A stretch of 42,064 nt of DNA from a virus. Its lineage: Duplodnaviria; Caudoviricetes. The notes under the pieces were generated by a model. It did not search any database and was not told the DNA's origin. It worked only from the letters and a program-made list of their open reading frames with translations. Shown here in pieces: positions 35,768 through 42,064 of this stretch. The position numbers and the translations under genes were made by a program. Each line of letters opens with the position of its first letter. Positions within the stretch are counted from its first letter, which is position 1. The stretch spans positions 1-42,064 of IMG/VR virus record IMGVR_UViG_3300036987_000522; one strand, 5' to 3'.

Positions 35768-36614
35768 ACTCATACGCTTTGGGCAGGTCGAACTCGAACA
35801 CTACAACCAGGTGGACGTCATAGGGTCCGGCGCTACACCGACTGCATATCAGATGCTGCCTGAAGGTGGCGCACTTGACTTGTTCGGCGGCCTGCAGAAA
35901 CACCCTGGAACCGTTGAGCGGTCAAAATCCCTACGTTTGCGTGGATCATCGGTGCAGGAGATCGAGCAGGCATATTTCGAACTGCTTGCTTTGCGCGGTA
36001 CACGTCAGCGTTTGTATCGTCGCACAGCTGCAGGTGATATCCATTGGATTTATGCACGGCTGGTGGAGGTTTCTGCTGTTCGAAGCTATGAGCAGACCAA
36101 ATACCGAACAGTCCAGGACGTTGAGTTGCGCTTTGTTACGCAGGAGGCATTCTGGCATGGTGACTTTGGTGGAGCGTGGTATTTCGATAGTGGTGAGAAT
36201 TTTGATGATGGTCTTGCGTTTGATAGTAGCCAAACATATGACCTTGTCAGCTCTCCCACAGTATTCACGATCTCGATCGGCGAGGATGCAGGGCGGACCG
36301 CCACTCGGGCCGCATTGCTGCGTGTCACTGCGGGATCATCAGCCATCACATCCATCAGCATTGTCCGCACTGGGGGAGAATCTCTCACGTTTGGCGGCAC
36401 GATCGCAGCAGGGGAAGACCTGCTCATTGATACGGGCACGATGCAAGTCACCAATGATGGTGTCGATGCCTACAACGACCTCACGTTATCGCCGACCGCC
36501 AACCTCGCTTCATGGTTTGCGCTTGAGCCTGGTGATAATGAGATCACTGTGACCTTCAGTGGAGGCGGAACAGGCTCAACAATTGACTTCAGTTATTACG
36601 AGGCTTGGTTCTAA
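35760..36614 (+). CDS. Distal tail (Dit-like) protein
   Basis: Follows TMP; LLIDTG..WFALEPGDNEI..YYEAWF. Confidence 0.75.
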   Translation: MYRLIRFGQVELEHYNQVDVIGSGATPTAYQMLPEGGALDLFGGLQKHPGTVERSKSLRLRGSSVQEIEQAYFELLALRGTRQRLYRRTAAGDIHWIYARLVEVSAVRSYEQTKYRTVQDVELRFVTQEAFWHGDFGGAWYFDSGENFDDGLAFDSSQTYDLVSSPTVFTISIGEDAGRTATRAALLRVTAGSSAITSISIVRTGGESLTFGGTIAAGEDLLIDTGTMQVTNDGVDAYNDLTLSPTANLASWFALEPGDNEITVTFSGGGTGSTIDFSYYEAWF

Positions 36615-36615
36615 T

Positions 36616-38574
36616 ATGGTCAGCAACTTTTGGGTTGATATCGAGAATAGTGGCGGTGCTCGTGTTGGTGCAGGCCCGTTGCGAGCTTCGCAATTCAGCC
36701 CTCGCTCTCGCCTGTCCGCGAGCGGCGATTTTACGTTTATTGTCTCGGCAGCAGATCCCAATCTGGCTGCGCTTGCTGAGAAAAGAGTGGCGGTCTGCAG
36801 GTATGTTGACCGAAACGGCGACATGCAGACATTTGGTAGTGGCGTCATTGACAAAGTCACACGCACGATTACGGAAGATGGCAATATGGTCATTACTGTG
36901 TCTGGCAATGCCCTGGTCCGTGAATTGTCGTACCGCTCGGTTGGCTCGCTTGACCTGTCAGGTATAGGTGGTGCAGGAGTCCTTGATGCTCCCGACCAAA
37001 TTATGGCTTTCGCGCCTGCTGGCTGGTCGATTGATAGTGGAGAGACTGCAACAAGCGTGTATGCAGGTTTTGATGGGGAGTCTGTACTCCATGCCCTGAC
37101 CCGAGTGGGGGAGCACATCGGCGAGCACTGGCGACTTGGTACGGGACGCAACGTGGAGTGGTTGGGACCCGCCTCTGGCTTTGCCCCGTCCGGGGTGCGA
37201 GCTGTGCAGCATTTCAACGATCCTGTTTCTGCGGAAACGGTCGGGAATATTGCCTTGATCACTTCCCTCGAGGAGGAGAGTGATGCAGCTGACCTGATCA
37301 CTCGAGTTATCCCGCGTGGATCAGGCAATGGTGGTGTGGTGCTTACACTGACGCCTGCAACAGACGCGGCTCCCAGTGGCTTCACTCTGGACTTGGCCAA
37401 TAACTATGTCAAGCGGGACGACGCGGAAGCTACCTATGGACGTATCGAACGCGTGCTTGATTACAAAGAGATTGGACCCATCAGCAACACCACGCCTGAT
37501 GTGCAGGCAGCTGCCAACATGCTGCTGCAGGCCTCGGTCGAGCACCTGAGGCGTTATGGATCGCCGCAGAAGTTTTACCGTGTGGGATTGGCGAACGTCA
37601 ACCAAGTGCTGCTGCCAGGCACCAGCTTGCACTGTGTATATCGCAGCCTGGTGGACGGCCACGTGGTCTATGACCTCGATGCAGAATTTATTATTCTTGA
37701 AGTCGAAAGCCAGATATCGGAACTAGGTATCGAGACTACCTCCGTATTGATCTCCACCATTGACCGCCTGCCTCAATCAGACTCAGAGTTTCTGGCGCAG
37801 CAAGCTATGCAAGCAAAAGTCTTGAGCGCACACCAGCAGCTTGGCGCCAGTGTGGATACATTCACCTATCGTGACGAACTGGACGACAGCAAGGGTGCAT
37901 CCCTGCGCTTTTGGCTAGGGGATGAGTACACATCTATTCAGCGGGCTGTATTACGTTTTCGCATCCAGCCGCTTCGAAGCACCGTCAAATCGGTGGCAGG
38001 CTCGAGCACTACCACCAGCAGTGGGGGAGGATCCACGAGTGGGTCTGGCGGTGAAATGACACAGACCTCAGGCACGCAAAGCGCCAATCATAGTCATGGT
38101 TTGTCGATCGCAGCTGGCACCATTGCGTATAACGTTGGCCTTACTTCGTTTGGTCAGTTGGTAGCACAGAGTCCGTGGGGTGGTGGCACTGTCAATGCTA
38201 TTCAAACCAACTCAACCAATCACACACACAATGTATATCTGCCTCCACATACGCATTCAACGCCAAATCACTCGCACTCGCTCACTCCTAATATCTCCAT
38301 GCAATATGGCATCTTCGAAGAGAGCGGAGGTAATACCCTGGCGCTGGCTGATCTTGTGATCAAACTCAATGGTGGTGCAGATTTGCGTCCAAGCGCAGTC
38401 AGCCTTGGGGGAGGATGGTACGAGATCGACATCACAGATGAACTGGTTGATTCGGTTTTCAGGCCGAGCCAGGAAAACAACGAAATTGCAATCACAACTG
38501 CTGTGGCTAAAACCGCACGGATCGAAGCACAGATCACGATCCGCGGTGTGGTGCAGGCAGTTGCTTATGGATAA
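36616..38574 (+). CDS. Tail hub/spike (Tal-like) protein with H-x-H fibre segment
   Basis: Position; ITRVIPRG, YGRIE; NHSH/NHTH/HTH repeats. Confidence 0.7.
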   Translation: MVSNFWVDIENSGGARVGAGPLRASQFSPRSRLSASGDFTFIVSAADPNLAALAEKRVAVCRYVDRNGDMQTFGSGVIDKVTRTITEDGNMVITVSGNALVRELSYRSVGSLDLSGIGGAGVLDAPDQIMAFAPAGWSIDSGETATSVYAGFDGESVLHALTRVGEHIGEHWRLGTGRNVEWLGPASGFAPSGVRAVQHFNDPVSAETVGNIALITSLEEESDAADLITRVIPRGSGNGGVVLTLTPATDAAPSGFTLDLANNYVKRDDAEATYGRIERVLDYKEIGPISNTTPDVQAAANMLLQASVEHLRRYGSPQKFYRVGLANVNQVLLPGTSLHCVYRSLVDGHVVYDLDAEFIILEVESQISELGIETTSVLISTIDRLPQSDSEFLAQQAMQAKVLSAHQQLGASVDTFTYRDELDDSKGASLRFWLGDEYTSIQRAVLRFRIQPLRSTVKSVAGSSTTTSSGGGSTSGSGGEMTQTSGTQSANHSHGLSIAAGTIAYNVGLTSFGQLVAQSPWGGGTVNAIQTNSTNHTHNVYLPPHTHSTPNHSHSLTPNISMQYGIFEESGGNTLALADLVIKLNGGADLRPSAVSLGGGWYEIDITDELVDSVFRPSQENNEIAITTAVAKTARIEAQITIRGVVQAVAYG

Positions 38575-38583
38575 GGAGTTGCT

Positions 38584-38778
38584 ATGAAAAAAGTATCACT
38601 GAAAATATTATTGTTTATGGTCTTTGCCCTGGCGCTTTCAGCATGCTTGCCAGAAGGCGATACCTGCCAGAAGATCGAGGTGCAAACACGCATCGAGGTC
38701 TACACTGAATCTGACCATGCCACCAATTACATTGCCGACCTGCAGCCTGGTGATGTGTTGTATATCTGCGGAGAATAA
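38584..38778 (+). CDS. Small lipoprotein within tail operon
   Basis: AAGGAG RBS; MKK..LSAC lipobox. Confidence 0.6.
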   Translation: MKKVSLKILLFMVFALALSACLPEGDTCQKIEVQTRIEVYTESDHATNYIADLQPGDVLYICGE

Positions 38779-38781
38779 GAT

Positions 38782-39861
38782 ATGACATCTACCTACCACA
38801 CTCCGATTCCATCCAGCCCGCCACAGCCTGCCAATGCGGCAACGATCAATGGACCGCTTGGAGAACTGGATGCCCAACTCACTGAGCACGAAGCCCGCAT
38901 TGTAGTGCTGGAAGGCGATTCGCCAGACTACAGTGGCAATGCTGCCGAATTCCTGAATGGTCAGGGTAATTTTGCTGTGCCTGCAGGGACAGGCGATACC
39001 AATGGCCATGTTATCCAGGAGGAGGGCGTAGATCTGCCGCAGCGTGCCAAGTTGAACTTCGTCGGTAGTGGTGTCGCTGTCACGGATGAAGCTGGTGGGA
39101 CTCAGGTACAAATCGATGGAGGCGCCATTGAAGATGGCGACAAAGGTGACATCACGGTTTCAGGCAGCGGTGCGACTTGGACAATCAACAATGGCGCGGT
39201 AGTTGCAGCCAAGATTGGCGATTCTGCTGTAGAGACTGCAAAAATCAATGATGCCGCTGTTACGCTTGCAAAGCTTGTGCCTGCAACAGCTCAATATAAG
39301 TTGCTCGCACGATTGTCGAGTGGTGCTGGAGCTTTTGAAGAGTTGACCGCATCAGCCAATGTGTTCTCAATGCTGCAAGCAGCAAGCTATGCGGCAATTC
39401 GCACCCTGCTGGGATTGGTGATCGGCACCAATGTGCAGGCGTGGAGTGCTGCATTAGATACTTGGGCAGGGAAGACAGCACCAAGTGGCACTGTTGTTGG
39501 CACAACTGACACTCAGTCGCTTGCAAACAAACGTGTTGATCCACGCGTGGGGACCGTGGCATCTTCTGGCACACCAACTATTAATACAGACAACGTTGAT
39601 GCATACAGCATCACAGCGCTTGCGGCGAACATTACCAGTATGACAACTAATCTAAGTGGCACGCCGGTAAACTTTCAGAAACTCATTATCCGTATCAAGG
39701 ACAATGGGACGGCTCGAACGATCACATGGGGAGCGTCATTCGAAGCCAAAGGCGTTGCTTTACCGACCACAACGGTTATCAGCAAGGTGCTGACTGTTGG
39801 ATTTATTTATGACACGGTAACTGCCAAGTGGGGTTGTGTGGCTTCGGCACAGGAGGCGTAA
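38782..39861 (+). CDS. Tail fibre / receptor-binding protein
   Basis: Gly/Ala/Thr-rich; AV..AKI repeats, GDKGDITVS, GTNVQA. Confidence 0.7.
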   Translation: MTSTYHTPIPSSPPQPANAATINGPLGELDAQLTEHEARIVVLEGDSPDYSGNAAEFLNGQGNFAVPAGTGDTNGHVIQEEGVDLPQRAKLNFVGSGVAVTDEAGGTQVQIDGGAIEDGDKGDITVSGSGATWTINNGAVVAAKIGDSAVETAKINDAAVTLAKLVPATAQYKLLARLSSGAGAFEELTASANVFSMLQAASYAAIRTLLGLVIGTNVQAWSAALDTWAGKTAPSGTVVGTTDTQSLANKRVDPRVGTVASSGTPTINTDNVDAYSITALAANITSMTTNLSGTPVNFQKLIIRIKDNGTARTITWGASFEAKGVALPTTTVISKVLTVGFIYDTVTAKWGCVASAQEA

Positions 39862-39862
39862 T

Positions 39863-40561
39863 ATGCCAGTTGATGATGCTTTTACCGTAGCCCTTTTGCA
39901 CATGGATGGGACGCACGGGTCTACCACTTTCACCGATGAAAGTGGTAAGACTTGGACTGCTGCAGGCAACGCACAAATCAGTACGGCGTCGCCAAAGTTC
40001 GGAACAGGCGCATACATTGGTGATGGTAGTGGCGATAGGCTTACAACTCCTGATGCCGCCGATTTTGATTTCGCATCTGCTGACTTTACAGTTGAGTGCC
40101 TCTTCAGAATTCGTGCTGCACAGTCTGGGAAGGTATTGCTCACACAAAGAAATAGTACTGGCTTCGCTCCGTGGTCGTTGAATTACGAAGGATCTGGCGT
40201 GGTGCAGTTTTTATCTTCGTTTACTGGTGCGAGCTGGGCTGTAGTTATATCGGAAACTGCGCCCGGGATTGTCGTAGATACTTGGTATCACCTTGCGGGA
40301 GTTAGGCATGGAAATAATTGGAGAATGTTCTTCCAAGGTACACAACTTGGCTCTACCGTTTCCGCAAGTGGCTCTTTAATGGGATCCTCTGATTCGGTCT
40401 CGATTGGTGCTACTGGTGATGGAAGTGGTTCTTTAGATGGCATGATTGATGAAGTTCGCATCAGCAAGGGCATTGCACGATGGACATCTAACTTCACCCC
40501 ACCCACAGCACCGTATGCTCCACCATCAATAGATACAGGCAATTTTTTAGCCTTTTTTTAG
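39863..40561 (+). CDS. LamG/concanavalin-A-like domain tail protein
   Basis: LLHMDG, DFTVE, TWYHLA, GMIDEVRISKGIARWT. Confidence 0.82.
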   Translation: MPVDDAFTVALLHMDGTHGSTTFTDESGKTWTAAGNAQISTASPKFGTGAYIGDGSGDRLTTPDAADFDFASADFTVECLFRIRAAQSGKVLLTQRNSTGFAPWSLNYEGSGVVQFLSSFTGASWAVVISETAPGIVVDTWYHLAGVRHGNNWRMFFQGTQLGSTVSASGSLMGSSDSVSIGATGDGSGSLDGMIDEVRISKGIARWTSNFTPPTAPYAPPSIDTGNFLAFF

Positions 40562-40595
40562 TCAGGGGCTAGAGCAAGAGGAGTTTATGAAGAGG

Positions 40596-41651
40596 CTACG
40601 ATAATTGTGCCTTCAGAGCGTCGATCAGGCGCAGTATCTCTGTCTTGTCCAGATTCGTATTTGACGCACCCAAGTTGGTGATGACATTGCGGACTTGATC
40701 ACCCGTGAGTCCACTGTAGACCTGGTCCGTGATAATGGTATTGGCATGCATCACGTTCTGCGACACAGCCTTAACCTCTTCCTGGGTGCGGGCATGGCTG
40801 CGAGCATAGACAATGTGTCCGTGACGGAAGCGGTGAGGGGAGAGGTAGCGGATGCCAGCTGTTTTACAGATCAAGATGATATCGTCACGAATAGCGCCAC
40901 TGCGTTCTTTAATCGCAGTGGCGGATTCGTAGACGGACATGCCATCATGGTTGAGAGGGGCATACCATAATGCTGATGATGCAAACCCCAGCTGGCGGAG
41001 TCTGTCATCCCATTGTTGCACTATGCTCAACAGGTCGGGAATATTGAGCAAGTAGGTGATCGCGGCTTTGTTATTTTTGGTGCGCGGTCCCATGCTCGGC
41101 ACTTGATAAATGCGCATGTTGGGCAGATCCACACACTGCCGTGGCAGGGAGGCGAAGGTATCCGCCCGCATGCCAGACAGATAGAGCATGCAGGCAGCAG
41201 CTTTGGCGCGTTCCTCACGGAGTGTTGCTGCAGAAACGGCAGCGATGGCACGCACATCTTCCAGGGCGTAATACTTGTGCTCTTCGAGGCTGGGCTGGGG
41301 TCTGCTGTCCCGATTGGGTACGAGGAGATCGATCCAGCCAGCGTTCAGCTTTTGGTAGCGTGGCCAGTGTTTGAGGGCAAATTCAAAATACATGCGCGTG
41401 GTGCTGAGCGCCTTGTAAATAGTGATATAGCTGAGTCCCCGTCCCTTGCCATCATTCCGTGCGGTTTGCAGGTAGGTGGGGAACGAAGGGAATATTTTAT
41501 GCGCTTGGTGCAGGGGAGTCTCATCTGCCCACTCGATCAAGTGACGAAGGTACATCCAATTCTTGCGGATGGTCTTCTCGTGCCGACCTTGCACGTGTTC
41601 CTGATGGTGCAGCCACTGACGGACATCAAGCCAATTTTGACGGTAGATCAT
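40596..41651 (-). CDS. Tyrosine recombinase / integrase
   Basis: SGMR, RTK, PHRFRH, MHA..TDQVY catalytic residues. Confidence 0.88.
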   Translation of the reverse strand: MIYRQNWLDVRQWLHHQEHVQGRHEKTIRKNWMYLRHLIEWADETPLHQAHKIFPSFPTYLQTARNDGKGRGLSYITIYKALSTTRMYFEFALKHWPRYQKLNAGWIDLLVPNRDSRPQPSLEEHKYYALEDVRAIAAVSAATLREERAKAAACMLYLSGMRADTFASLPRQCVDLPNMRIYQVPSMGPRTKNNKAAITYLLNIPDLLSIVQQWDDRLRQLGFASSALWYAPLNHDGMSVYESATAIKERSGAIRDDIILICKTAGIRYLSPHRFRHGHIVYARSHARTQEEVKAVSQNVMHANTIITDQVYSGLTGDQVRNVITNLGASNTNLDKTEILRLIDALKAQLS

Positions 41652-42064
41652 GATGCACCTCCCGCTTCAGATTGTTTACGCTGCGCACGATTTACGAGGC
41701 ATTTACAGTTCGGGCATTTGGATTGCATGATCTCAATATAGAGATTGGTGTATTTGACTTTGGGGTTTGTCATGGCGACCGCTTGATTGCACTTCATGCA
41801 CCAGGCGTACCCATCTGGGAGGGGGGTGCGTTTGCTGCGGTTTTTGACGATGGTCATCTTTGCCCATCCGACAAAGGCAGGACCGTAAATCCAAATTCCC
41901 TGATGATCCTGGATGTGTGGCAGCCCAGCAGGAAGGTATGAGCGATACAGGGTGTCGAGGGTGACACCGATCTCGCTGGCCAGTTCCTTGGGCTTATACA
42001 TCATGTCCAAGATGCGAGAGAGGCGGATGATCTGCGTGTGCTTTAGAAGCGGCTGTCTTTTCAT
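41648..42064 (-). CDS. HTH plus Zn-ribbon (DUF5679-like) protein, candidate excisionase/integrase accessory
   Basis: KPKELASEIGVTLDTLYRSY HTH; WCMKC..KCPNC; ATGA-coupled to integrase. Confidence 0.6.
   Translation of the reverse strand: MKRQPLLKHTQIIRLSRILDMMYKPKELASEIGVTLDTLYRSYLPAGLPHIQDHQGIWIYGPAFVGWAKMTIVKNRSKRTPLPDGYAWCMKCNQAVAMTNPKVKYTNLYIEIMQSKCPNCKCLVNRAQRKQSEAGGAS

Larger units (their letters stand above)
2050..42064. mobile_element. Temperate siphovirus-like prophage (HK97-type head, cos/HNH packaging), right end outside window
   Basis: Repressor, replication, terminase, portal, protease, capsid, tail, tape measure and integrase genes in canonical order; tRNA remnant at left end. 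Confidence 0.93.

Noticed and set aside
38782-40561. Diversity-generating retroelement acting on tail fibres
   Set aside because: No reverse transcriptase and no TR/VR repeat pair seen

Overview
Positions 1-~2040 are host chromosome: a GT2 glycosyltransferase, a NERD-like protein, a hypothetical protein and a tRNA-type terminator. The rest (~2050-42064) is an apparently near-complete temperate siphovirus-like prophage integrated at a tRNA-Pro gene, whose displaced 3' half marks the left end; the right att lies beyond the window. The host is probably Chloroflexota (Anaerolineae-like). This is inferred from an AGAAC-N4-GTTCT LexA box and Pro/Thr-rich lipoproteins and is not proven. Gene order: lysogenic membrane/lipoprotein cargo plus XRE repressor (minus strand); early operon (RHH protein, ParB, FtsK/TraB-like module, Rep with ori); AT-rich ClpP-fold protease / small protein / PIN cassette; HNH, cos region, two TerS, two ParB-methyltransferases, TerL; HK97-type head; long non-contractile tail with a -1 frameshifted chaperone; tyrosine integrase. 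Most notable observations: (i) an FtsK plus membrane-protein module with helically phased AGCGA repeats, resembling actinomycete TraB/clt/Spd DNA-spreading systems, inside a tailed phage; (ii) a protease-X-PIN three-gene candidate defence cassette; (iii) nine evenly dispersed, transcription-co-oriented GTTTCTRYRGMAAC sites; (iv) a LexA-boxed promoter driving only a ~45-nt hairpin RNA; (v) a duplicated structured leader/terminator in front of both late operons; (vi) duplicated TerS and ParB-MTase genes; (vii) no recognisable endolysin. All calls were made by eye, with no database searches.
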